Part shown: in pieces, positions 41,323 to 61,779 of the stretch | Numbering within the stretch: position 1 is the stretch's first letter | How the letters are laid out: each line of letters begins with the position of its first letter | DNA from: Tubiluchus corallicola | Lineage: Eukaryota; Animalia; Priapulida | Direction of reading: 5' to 3' | Length of the DNA stretch: 64,000 nt | Assembly (NCBI GenBank): GCA_030141605.1 | Contig: JAQGDQ010002366.1 | Coordinates: 566,660 to 630,659 of the forward strand | Program-made: the position numbers and the translations under genes | The notes under the pieces: model-generated | What the model was told of the DNA's origin: nothing | Seen by the model: the letters and a program-made list of their open reading frames with translations, nothing else | Database searches by the model: none

Positions 41323-43004
41323 TCGAGTCTTACAAAGAGAGAAACAAGAGTGATCAACAAAAGTGGAGTTTTGGCCTGTATGTTATGTTTTACCAACTGC
41401 AAGTGATAAGTAATAAACTGTTGATATACAATTGCTTGTGAACTTTATGTGTGAATTTTTTAGAATGCTTGTCTTGTTACTCAAAATATTTTTGCTGCAT
41501 TTCTTTTTACGTTTTAGCCTAATTTGAAAGCTGCAGTGTGATAACCATTCTGTTAATTACGATATGGCTTTATATGAAATTGTTATATATTTTATAAGGC
41601 ATTGTTTAAAAATAAGCAAATTATTGATCTTCATTCAATTTATATATGTGACCTATTTTACTAATAATCCATAGTGCTGTCAGACTAAAATAATTGACGG
41701 AAACTGTAAAAAATAAGATTATACAATATTTTCTGTCATATATCCTGTTACAATATTCCTGTAATGCTTCATCAACTTGATAATTCAGACAATCTGTGAT
41801 GTGTAGCCAAAGCAAGAAATAAAATTAACTAGCAGTTGCACCTATGTAGGTTTCTGAAAAAAACATCTATACTAAATTGAGCATGATCACAGTTACATGT
41901 TGTTAAACTGAAATGATCGGGAACGATCTTTCATAATAAAATTTCACGGTTGCCACTGGCCAAGTTGTGCATAATGTAGCATAAAGATATCAATAGCTCG
42001 GTTTTGGGACAATATAGAAGAATAAAGACCATGAGCATATTCCTTTATTTTGTGCATACTGTGAATGGATTACCTATGTAAAGGCACAACTGGCACATTT
42101 ATAAAATTGTGTATTTATAGGACTTGCCTTAGGTACTTTTATTAAATGTTTTGATATACATGTAATTTAAGCTGTTGTTAAATTTAAATATTTTACTTTT
42201 TTAATAAAATTAATTTGAGAAACTGTATGCAAGTGAGATTACTGTATACTGTATATATAGGTGATAGTAATTATGGTGCTTCGTAGATAGAAGTTTAGTT
42301 ATCGCTTGAAGTATAACAGGCTAATCGAACAGGACTCTACCATTAAAAAATTTCATAGCTGTAGCAGCCAGTACCAAAACACCTTCAGCGGAGTCCAAAA
42401 AATGTGTACAAAGCAGGTAAAACGCAAAGAATACTTCCTTTGTCAAAATGAAAATGTATCTTTCTGAAATTTGCTTTATTTGTTCGTAAAAATGAAGAGT
42501 AAAATTCTTCCCTTTGTCTTTAGAATTTGCTTGCAGTGTGTTGTGTATTTGGAGCAAAGTTGTTTAATAAAATTGACAAAACATTATACAGAAATGCTCG
42601 TGTCTTGTCATCAATTGAACCATTTTTTTGTTTGAAACTAGAAACATTCTTCAGGGTCAACTTCAAGATCACAGTGTATAAAAGTAAAAATAACATCACA
42701 CGTGGTTGAATAATTGTTGCTTGTGCCGTATGCATAGTCTCAGGTACACTATTTGTGCCAAACAAAAGCAGATCAACTGAACACAGATAGGACATTAATA
42801 AGTACTATTACAAATCTATATGATAATAAGCTTAGGATAATGTTTACATTTGATTGCAAAATTACAGTCAAAATATTGAAAAGGTATGCTGTTCAAGGCA
42901 ACATTAGTTAGACCTAAACATTGCTAAGCTTTTTTAAGCATTACTTTTACTAATCAGCCACAGTGTCTTGGGAGTTGTTGATAGTGACTGCAGGTCACAC
43001 TGAG

Positions 43005-46000
43005 TCAACTATTCAAAGAAGGTTTAACAAATGGCAGATAGGAAGCAAAAACCTGATCAGAGGTGTCACATGAAAATGATCTTTTCCTTTTCCGATTTCT
43101 GTTCCCATGGTTTTCTTTTATTTGTGCACACTCACTACATGACTTACGGTGACAGTTAACGTTGTCCACTCTGACTAGAACAATTGGCTGTTTCTCATAG
43201 CTTTCTTCGGTAATTTGCTTTCCAACATTACCAAGGTCTAATTTATTTCTTCTAGAATCTGCAAAAGAATGAGTGTGAAAATTAAGACGTTTTTGACGTC
43301 AATGAATAAACTATATGCTGTTACAACTTATAAACTTAGCTTCTCTGGCCACAATTTTTATTGACCAAAATTTTTATATTTATTAGAAACCATGTTAAGA
43401 ATTGGCAAAATGTTATGAGTAGGCCTACAAAATGAAAAAAAAAACAAAGCAAACAGACTCAGTACATTTTTGTACTCTTTATAGAAGTGAGATGCTAGTA
43501 AATTCCATGTTTATGGTTCTATTCATTGAAAGACACAAAATAAATTACATTTTTCTTATCTTTGCAGCTAAAATATCATTGGCATCCCATGGACACACTT
43601 ATTAACATGGGCACACCTATCAAAGAACACTTAAGATTATAATCAACTTACACCATCGCCTGGCTGTACCATGAACATAAGCTTCTTGTTTGATGATGCT
43701 GTCATACCTTGACAGCCAAGATTCAACTAGATCCTTTGCCCATCCTTCATTGACAAATATTGCACTCTTATCAGCTGCATCACAACTTTTTAGACTCAAA
43801 GCACTTTTCAGACAATCTACTCCAATAACCTGAAAAGTTGAATGAAAAACATAAATGATAAAACAAGAAAATGACTGACGCCTAGTGTCCTTGACCCCTT
43901 GATCATTGGTCAGAAGTCAAAACATTGCCATCGTTCTTCTACCCAGGGCTATAAGCCCTACAAGTTTCATGACCCCAGCTCACACACTTTTGACAAAACA
44001 ACGAGGCACAAATAATAATAATAATAAACACGAAAAAATTCAGGAATGTTTGCAATGGCAAATCTTGCTATTAAGAGTGCTTTTGTTTGCCAAACAGCTT
44101 TAAGATGCAAGATAGCAATGTCAGTTCCTTCCTTGCTCAAAAATGCTACCAATGATTTTAATGTTAGTGGTTAGACAGATAACCTTTCTGCTTTTAAGTT
44201 ATTTAAAGTATCAAAAAGATTCCTGTTTTGTATAAACAATCAAGTAAATACGTACACTTATACTTGTGCCAGTCAACTTTAAGCATGTTAGCTTCTCCCA
44301 AACAGTTAAGTATCTTACACACAAGTCAGTTAATCCTGCGTTGCCTAAAAAATCCACAAGATATTCATTTATAGCATTATTGAAATTTCAGCAAGCCCCG
44401 AAATTTACGAAAAAATATCTATATAGAAAATTGTGGATGCACTGGTGCAAGATTATAAAAATGCTTCTTCTTTTTTTATTACATATTGATATGTATCAGT
44501 CTAATAAAACAGAATATCAATATTTAGTATTCCTGTGTATTAAAATCTACTAAAGGAAAATCAGATTAAATCCCAAAACTGTATTAATTAAACACCAATT
44601 AAACTTGGTAGCATCATATTACCACATACCAGAAATGTATAGTAGCACCTTATAATATACAGCTGGTCAGAGTAATAATAATAATGATGATGATGATGAT
44701 AATAATAATAATAATCTTTTGGATGAACAATTAATATAACCTGAAAGAGCTGTAAACAACAAACCTACAACTACATAACTTATATTATTATTACCCTGCT
44801 TTTACTCCAAATACCACATGCCAGGCATTCTTAAAACTTTCGGTATGAACTCAAGACCTCCCAGATGGAAAGCAGACGCATTACCACTAGACTGTACCAT
44901 CTGCAATGTTCTAATCTACCGGAATTTTCTAGTAAGCTACTAGTTTCTAATTCAAATAACATGCTACATGTTAACTTAATAAAAAATTTAAAAAAATCTA
45001 CAGCTAGTATGAAAGTCACGCATTGCCCATCTTGTATTACCCACAAACCACAGACAAAACGATTAAGCTCCAGTATAGTCTTCCATACTTACTGCAAATA
45101 TCTAAATATGTAATAGCACTTGGCCCAGAGTAGCCCATTCGCAAAGGAGTTGTTAGCTTTTGTATTCCTCTATCGCTCAGAGCAGTATCACAAAGGCACA
45201 AAGAAGTCAAACTGTAATATTATACATAATAGCAGAGTTAGCCAAATGTTCACATATGTATCCTTTTATTATTGATGCATTCTTCATTGCGACTACAGAA
45301 GTCTAAGTCTTCATACCCATTAGCCATTTTAGGCTTCATAAATAAACACTATAATCGATCAAAAACATTCAGCATTTATTGCAATAAAAAAATCGCTTAA
45401 CAAAAACAAAACTTAAGCTACTATGACAACAATTTTACTGTGAACAGACGCGTTATTCACATAATTTACAGTTGAACCTTCGAAACGTACATACAGCAAT
45501 GCATTTTTAATTTTATATTGCATTTCTAGGATTATTCCTTATCATATCAAGAACTTGAGAATATGTCTTGCCATTTCATAGTTGATATGTGAGTAATGAT
45601 ATCATGACTGTCCCCAAACTGACAACCTGCGACGTTGAGTTCTGTCAAATACTTGAATTCTGCCAACTGATCTAAATATTCATCTATTACAAGAAGACGT
45701 GAGCTGAGGTTCAATTTGCTGAAAAAAAGACAACCAAAATCTAAACAAAATGTTAGATAACCAGTGCAATGCATACATTAAACTTTTACAAACAAGAAAA
45801 GAAACACTTGTGCTATGTGTTTGGACTTGGTTCTCCGACTTGAATTTATATATCTAATTGCACATTTGCTAATTGCATGTGATACTCGGATTGTGAGTAC
45901 TGGCCATATTGGAATTAGCCAAACGGGTTTCTCTATGGATTTCCTCAAAAAAAGATAGAGGGGGGAGAAGTTTACAATTCCCCACACAATTTAAATGCAC

Positions 46001-47270
46001 AAACCCTAACCCTTTCCTAACAATAACCCCAGATCATAATGCGCCAACATTTTTAAAGAAAATTACTAGAGTAGTGATGATACACAATTGCGGCTATACT
46101 GGAAAGTGAAAAAAATGGTCTCTGTCATAGTCTGCAGAATAGTCCACTGTTACTTTATGGTAAATTCTAACCTCCTACGATGAAGTTATAGGTACTGAAA
46201 TCATGCCTTACCTTAACAACTGTTCTGCATATGCATCTGAAAATAATCGCAGACATTTCTGGCATAGTTGGTCAGGACAGGACATTATTCCTGATTTGAC
46301 GGCAACATTAAATATGTCCTTACCTGCCTAATATAACAATGTTTTGTAAATGAGATTTAGAATAGGGGGCAATGTGAAAGTTTGTTATGGCAGTGAAAAC
46401 TTACATCGAAAGCCAAATACCCAAAACAGCCTGCACTTTTTTGTAGCTGTAAGTATGTAAGTTGAACTCATAAAGGAGATAAGCAAAATTATTAATCTGC
46501 TGAAATTTACCTATGCTGACAGAAAATAATAAAAAAATAATCTGGTAATACAACCTTTAATTTTTTCAAACATGGATGCAACTTAGTCTGGTGAACTAAG
46601 ATACTTGAAACTAAAAGGCAATACGAAGGCATTAATTTCGCACAAACTTTCCTCTAAGTCTTCATTAATAATAGCCGTTTGGAATTTTATTATAATGTAC
46701 ACAAAAATAACAGATAAAAAAATGACAAAAACACTTCCAGTAAAGAGACTATTGCAAGCAGGAAATTACTGTCCCTGTCCAGCAAAGTTCTTACTGTGAA
46801 ACAATGGAAAGCATCATCATCATCATAGTTCATTATGAAATTGTCACAGATCAAGCAGCTGCATAGCAAATTTATATACAAAAGCAAATTAGGAAGAAAG
46901 GTAAACTCAATCAAATACGTGATTTCTGTAAATTAACTGGTTTGCTATTTTTATCACATGCTTCAATGACATCATCAAGTATACTCTCCAAGTGCCTATA
47001 ACTGGTTTCCTTTCATTGATAAATGACCACCGATCAGCTCTTGCATGCACTCTAGTAAACATATATATATGCACAGAATAAATGTCAAAAATAAATAAGT
47101 GCAACTTAAAAAAATATCGACTGTAAGAGATTTAATTACAACGTTGCTCAACCTACCCGATCAGGAAAGCCAATTAATGAGTCAATGTGAATGGCATTTA
47201 AACCAGCAAATTCAACTGCTGTTGAGTACAAGCTACAGGGACTGTATTTTACCTCCATTCTGTCAGACAT
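43005..47270 (-). CDS. LRRC42: Leucine-rich repeat-containing protein 42
   Basis: Exons 47270-47157 (HIDSLIGFP), 46327-46212, 45718-45572 (LLVIDEYL..LTELNVAGCQFGDSH), 45211-45093 (LSDRGIQKLTTPLR), 44344-44256, 43829-43652 (EGWA), 43258-43005. Motifs match my recollection of vertebrate LRRC42. Confidence 0.88.
44690..44903 (-). mobile_element. tRNA-derived SINE-like element
   Basis: Minus-strand head GATGGTACAGTCTAGTGGTAA...GAGTTCATAC (A/B boxes) with an (ATT/ATC)n tail. Confidence 0.5.
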
Positions 47271-47947
47271 TTGGTCATTTCAAACTGTAAAACAACTTGA
47301 AAAAACATATCGAGATACAGCTGATTGATAATTTGACTCTGCATTGAATATAACTTCAGCCTGTTTCTGAGAAATACGACACAATGTTGGAAAGTAAGTA
47401 AATGCAATTATGCAATTTATGGAAACATTGAAAAAGTATGCAGTTAATATTAACGAGTTAAAATATAGGTTATGGAACAATATTTAAGTAGCACACAGAT
47501 ATTGTTTACCTGGTAATTTGAAACGATACTGATTATGATATGACAACATGCATTTATCATTAATGGCAAGAACCAGAAGTAAAGCTTGTCTGCACATCTG
47601 CATAATTGAAAAAAACGAACAAAAACAAGAGTATTAGGCAGTCTACAAAGGAACAAATTGTGTAAAATGAAATGACAGTAGAATAGAAATGACAGATAAA
47701 CAAATGTTCAAAAAGACAGGAAGAGAGAGTTGGGAATATTCCATTAAGTGAGATCAGAAAGTGCTCTAGATTCTACTTGGGCACACAAGGTTATGATTGC
47801 TATGTCACACAGGAACAACATGTAAGTAGCAGACAGATATTGTTTACTTGCTGATTTTGAAATGGTAAACATTATACTAGCTTTTTACATTGAGGGGTAA
47901 TGAGTTTTACAGTTTAGGTCCCCTATAGCTAATGAAATGTTTTGCAA

Positions 47948-49030
47948 TACAGTATAATCCGCTTCTAACGAGTTTCAAGGGACTGTGAAAACGTGCTCAC
48001 TTTAATGGAGTCTTGTTATAGCCGAGGTTAATTGTCTGAGAGTATACACAAGATTGAAATGAAACCTATAAGGTGGATTTAATGTCATGATAAAAAATAT
48101 TTTCTTTTGAGACTGGCACAAGTTTCTTAACCTAGGATTACATCAATATTTTATGCAAATCCCTGCACAAAACCACTGTGGGAGTTGCTTTTCTAAGTTA
48201 TACCACTGCTGTGATTCATTTTGTCATCTTCTGACAGCTGAGTGTGTTTTTAAGTGGGTTTACAGTATAGTTATTTAGCTGCGTCCCTGGATGTCTGATG
48301 GGTGGAAACTGAAAAACATGACTAGTTGTTATCAGTTTAATCGTAGTGTAGACACCAACATGTCTGTTTTTTACTTAAATAGCTGTGCAAGTACAATATG
48401 ATTTATGATTACGAACGTTTCTGCATGGACATATGTTAGCTAATAACTAAGCCTACAATCTGAATATGATAGCTAGCCTATGTATGAATTGCTTAATGTA
48501 AAATCATTCGGAATTATTTAGTTTGCAAAACAGCACAGTTAATTTTTTACAAACTTGTTTATTTTTGCCTGGTTCACATTAAATTGCATCAGCTTTGTTC
48601 AAGAGGTTGCCTAGTTTTGAAAGGTATGTCATTATCAGTTACCAGGTGAAAACACAAAAAATGCTGAAGTTTAGCAAAGGCTTCAACTGCATCACTCATT
48701 CTAACATGCTGACAAACTGGTAATTTTTCTGCATCTGAATCACTAGGCCCACTTCATTTTGACTTTGTTACAATTACAGCAGCGCAACTGATGCAGGCCT
48801 ACTAGGGCCGTCCGCAAGTGCTGTACTTGATACACATTGTTTTGTGCATGATCAGTAAATTAATCCCTACCGGATACGGTGACCTTTTTGTCATTGGCAA
48901 GTGGTGCCGATTTGCCATAGCCAATTATTTTGGAACTCGTGCTCATGTTACAATCACGGGGCGGTAAAATTCCCTCATAGTAAGCAAGATCTTGTAATAT
49001 CGTGCTCGCTGTAAGCAAGGTTTAAATACA
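47948..49030. mobile_element. Degenerate Tc1/pogo-like DNA transposon remnant
   Basis: Starts TACAGTATAATCCGCTTCTAACGAG; ends CTCGCTGTAAGCAAGGTTTAAATAC (decayed TIR). Confidence 0.5.
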
Positions 49031-49845
49031 TTATTTAAGCCTAAGGTTAGATGGGACTTTGAAAATTTATTTGTAAAAAAACCAGAGGCTCATTATAACA
49101 GGCCTCATCATAAGTAGATTATACTGCATTGGTTCTACAGTAATGGAGATGGTAGCCATTATATCTAGTAGTGTGTGATTTGACATTCTTAATTGCAGGA
49201 TTCTTGAAGTATGTAGGGAGTAGATCACTGTTAGTTTTGTAAACAAAAACAGTACAATATAAAAGCAAATTTTGCTAAAATATAAAATATAAATATAAAT
49301 GTTACATAAAAACAAATTAATCATACAAAAATTTGTACTGTTTTGCTAAAGATGAAGAATAGATGTTACGTTACTCTTTATTTTCAATAAACTTTCAACA
49401 CTCTAACCACTCTAATTGTTATACTTTTATCAGATCTTTTTGGCAAAGGTTTACTAATTATCATTGCCTTGCCACCCTATCACTCCATTTAGCTCAATAA
49501 TTAACTATGTGTAGTTCTACATACTGAGAAGCTGAACAATGGTTAATGATGGCAGCTGTAAAAAAATTCTTGATACTGAAGGTTAAATGCTTTGAAAACA
49601 TTGTAGTACAATACTTCTGTTTTTTTTTGATACCAGAACTAACATTTGTAGGTGGCGACACCAATACTGGATACATTTTTCTGAAACATAAAGTTTCCAG
49701 GCAAAAGAATGTGACATGATTTATTAAACAAAAAAAATTACAGTTAGTTAGTTTGCTTTCAACTGGTATTGATTTGCAGAAATTCGGGTTTCAAGAAGCC
49801 ATAAAGTAACTTATTTCACTGAACGATGGAAAGTAATCTAATAAT

Positions 49846-50745
49846 TTATACGGGACAATCTTCAGGAGTGACATCCTGGGACATGGGCTTAATGGCATGT
49901 ATAGCATAATTAATACTACAATCACGAATCCATGACCAACGATTAATCAATGGATTGTACATCATTCCATGCACAAGACGGACAATGCATCCATTAGTCT
50001 CAACCATCTTTTTCAGTTCAGACACAGAAACAAATTTTTCCCAATCATGTGTTCCAGGTGGTAAATAGTTCAGCATTTCCGCCAACTGAACAGCAAAAAC
50101 TTTTGACAAAAATGTTCGATTGACAGTTGTAAAAAACAGTGACCCGCCAGGCTTTATAAGGTCACAGCAAGACTGAACGAAATAATCCTGTTCTCGAACA
50201 TGTTCCACTACTTCAGATGCTACAACAGCATCAAAAGATTCTGGAAGTTCTTCTGCTAATATTTCGGCAGTGCTATGTTGATACTGAATTCTATTAAAAA
50301 TTGATGGATCAAACTGTGCATGATAATTTGCAGCAGTAATGCTATCCTCGACTGCATCCAATCCAGTGACTGAAGCGCCTAGTCTTGCCAATGGTTCTGT
50401 AAGAATGCCAGCCCCACAACCAACATCTACAATAGCTAAATCTTTTAAAGGCTGAGACGGAAATTTTGGCATTGAGCCACTTAACACACCATCTCTTATT
50501 AATGGCACTCTTAGTCTGTTCATAGAATGCAAAGCCCGTAAAGAGCCATTTTCGTCCCACCAATTCTCAGAAAGTTTCCTAAAGTTGCGTAATTCAGCAT
50601 CATCAGTAGTTAACTTTTGGTCATCAAAGGTGAAATATTTTGCTGATGTGCAAAAACAAAATAAATTAGTTTTTGGAAATTGCAAGTGTCTAAAAAACAA
50701 CTTCACACAGCACGAAAAACGAAATGCCTTTGATGTGTGAATCAT
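49846..50745 (-). CDS. COQ3: Ubiquinone biosynthesis O-methyltransferase (UbiG/COQ3), mitochondrial; intronless CDS
   Basis: 299-aa ORF with a basic/hydrophobic targeting-peptide-like N-terminus and motifs WWD..LHSMNRLR, VDVGCGAG, FDAVVASEVVEHV, KPGGSLF, PPGTHDWEKF. Confidence 0.96.
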   Translation of the reverse strand: MIHTSKAFRFSCCVKLFFRHLQFPKTNLFCFCTSAKYFTFDDQKLTTDDAELRNFRKLSENWWDENGSLRALHSMNRLRVPLIRDGVLSGSMPKFPSQPLKDLAIVDVGCGAGILTEPLARLGASVTGLDAVEDSITAANYHAQFDPSIFNRIQYQHSTAEILAEELPESFDAVVASEVVEHVREQDYFVQSCCDLIKPGGSLFFTTVNRTFLSKVFAVQLAEMLNYLPPGTHDWEKFVSVSELKKMVETNGCIVRLVHGMMYNPLINRWSWIRDCSINYAIHAIKPMSQDVTPEDCPV

Positions 50746-51117
50746 ATTTACTTCAATTCTTTACTTAAGCGCTGTTCAGAAATACACCTGTCAAACGAAA
50801 CGAAGCAAAAATAAATTTATCACATTGTAACAGCATTATGGTAAAAAGGGCTCCTGAAGATATCGGTAACCAAATTCAATGGTAATAGCTTCTGGCCAAG
50901 CAATCAGATAATGCTTTCATCATCAAACTATACAGATCATGAAACTCAGTCACTCCAGAAACTTAAAATGTCACCATATACAAGTCGAAATAAAAAACCG
51001 ATTGTGCGATTGAATTACACGTCTACGTTCAGCATAAATAGACAAATTCATAATAATCAAAACACAACTTACATGACATTAAATTACAAATTCTTTAGGA
51101 AACTTATAATTACATGT

Positions 51118-52224
51118 TAGGAGCGGAGTAGGACACTAGCCAAAGTTGGACAATTGGCGTACATGGGCTAGCCCAAGTAAGACGCGTCGTGCATAGGCTG
51201 CCCAAATAAGACACTAGAGAGTAGGGGTGAGCATTCTCTACCAGAAAGCGGATTCGATCGAACCGAATTTGTGGCTTTCGAATTCGAATCGAACTTCAGT
51301 GTTTCGAATTAGAACCGACTTTGAATTGAGATTGAAAGATTTTCGAACAAGTTTTCGAACCACCAGTAAAAATTAGTCTTACAAAGATCATGCATATCAC
51401 TTTTAAAATTGGGCACAGAAATCACAGCTAAATTATGTTAATTGCATGATGTTTCAATCGTTTTAGTGATAAAGAACATATGTGATTGAAGTGTTGAATT
51501 ATTCGAACCTATAGTTTTGGATTCGAATCGAGTTCGAACTAAAAAACTCGTTCGAACTCGAACGTTCGATGCTCACCCCTACTAGACTAGAGACAGGTCA
51601 CGAATTGAGTCGTTAACTGTATTGGCAACGTCTGTTGTCCTTGTTTATTTAATAATAATAATTGCAAACGTCAATACATGTTGAAGAATTGATAAAATGA
51701 AAAAATCTTATTTTGAGCTACTAGAACGGCCAATTATAATTTGGCTTCGATGTTAATATTTTTGAAGTGAAATAAGCCCGCTTTTTAGGTGATTCCAATA
51801 TTTGTTTAAGGTATGTCGTTTTTTATTTTGTCTTGCTTCAGGGACAGGTGATCAGTTTACTACCTCTTGGACAAATAATTATTTTCTACTAAGTGAATGG
51901 GCTAGCGAGCTGTGTGCCCTACATAGTTTCTCTCGTTAAAACATTAAATACTTAGTATAAGGTTATGATGATATTAATGGAGCTAATAATAATAATGTTG
52001 ATATTATTGTAAAAATACATTTGTAAATTGCGAAGGATCATCCATCATTATTATATAGTTACTTTCTTTCTAAAACGAATTTAGTTTTATATGTCATAAT
52101 TCTCGATTCTCGACAAAAATCGCCAGTGCCCTTTTTGAGCTGCCCATGTACGCTTGTCCGCAAATTTAGCACATGCGGTTTGCGGAAGTGTCATACTTTG
52201 GCTAGTGGCGTATCCCGCGCCCTA
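51118..52224. mobile_element. Non-autonomous TIR element of about 1.1 kb hosting a nested MITE
   Basis: Left TAGGAGCGG..CACTAGCCAAAGT..GCGTACATGGGC and right GCCCATGTACGC..ACTTTGGCTAGTG..CGCGCCCTA. Confidence 0.65.
51222..51581. mobile_element. hAT-type MITE, TTCGAA-rich, copy 2
   Basis: TIR TAGGGGTGAGCAT...ATGCTCACCCCTA; colinear with 36508-36875; partial TSD (CTAGA). Confidence 0.9.
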
Positions 52225-52299
52225 CTTTGCCCTATGTAGCTAATGCGGGTAATTTTCGCTTTTTATTTGCCATTGCACATGATTGACACGCTTAGATGA

Positions 52300-52745
52300 C
52301 CCATGTTGCCTGGTTATAATTTTGTGGATGCGAACAGCAGAAGGAAATTGAAGCTTTTCAAAGACGTATCTACAGAAAACGCCGGAGACAGAATATCTAA
52401 TCATGATCTGTATGATGTTGTGAAAGAGAGGACCCTTGAAGTAAACAAATCCAAGTAGATTGCATTGGATTGGGCATGCACTAAGTTTACCTCAAGAATC
52501 TCCTCTTCCTGTACTAACTGCATTACGTAGAACTCTTGAAACGACAAAAAATTGAAGAGAGTCAGCTACGTACGTATATAGAAACACTGCAAGAAGATTT
52601 TTGGCAAATACCGTAGATTTGAGGGATGATGCATCGTGGGTAGGCCCTAGTGAAGGCTGACAATAGCACCTGACATCGGCAGGTAGAACATTCCATGCTT
52701 TAAAACAGAAGCACACAGATGATGATGGTGATGATGACGATGTTG
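52300..52745 (+). mobile_element. RTE-like LINE 3' remnant
   Basis: Translates (with frameshifts) EIEAFQRRIYRK..ISNHDLYDVV..RLHWIGHALSLP..RTYIETLQED, then a (GAT)n tail. Confidence 0.7.
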
Positions 52746-53530
52746 CGATTACTCAGGAAAAGCAGATTGACATTTGACACATTTCATAGAAGTCTCCTAA
52801 GGAAAGTTTTAAAGATAAGCATGGTCTTCTAAATTAAATTTCAAAAATCAAAATTATGAACTAGAACAAAAAAATTCCTTTTAGTTCAAAAGTCAAACTC
52901 CAAATATTGAGATAGCTAGGCTGTATTCTCAGTATACTGAGTGAAACACCAATGAATCGCCTTAGAACATGCTTTAAAACCTTGCAAGCCAAAAACAACT
53001 GGTATAATTCAGTTAAGTAAAAATGTTCAACAACTTTAACCAAATCTAGTTTTAGGAGCCACAGGAAGTTACACTGTAAGTGCACTTGTAGAGTTTAAGT
53101 GGGCTTTTCTCCCACAAATTAATGATAGCTTTACATTTGACCTTGCACCCATATTTCAAACCTATTATAACTGTCGCCTTAAAACAATGGAGACTTTCCT
53201 GCTGTACGTGTTTATCAAAATTAAGAATTAAATTGAATGAGGATTCAGTCGAAAAAACTTTGTGAGCCATTACAAATTCTTTACAAAGAATTTGAATAAA
53301 GGCATGTTCATTGGTCATTGATCAGTAAAGTTCAAAACAGAAGACTAGGCCTAATACACCTTGCCTACATAGCTATAGGACTGTATTGCAATAAAACTGT
53401 TGACTTGGCATTGCCACACTCTTTCTTTTGCATTAATAGACACATGCCTACAAACCGTCAATGTATAAAGACGATATGTGAGACATTCAGTGCATTGCAT
53501 TTTTCACACTTGTTCTGTCTAGGTCACAAA

Positions 53531-61779
<8,249 letters not shown>

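Noticed and set aside
49494-49676. 60-aa ORF after the TTTCAG acceptor as the LRRC42 first coding exon
   Set aside because: Splicing its plausible donor to 47284 runs straight into TGA, and there is no recognisable homology.
51240-51570. Heat-shock elements in the TTCGAA-rich MITE
   Set aside because: TTCGAA lacks the 2-nt spacing of nGAAnnTTCn arrays; only isolated two-unit matches.
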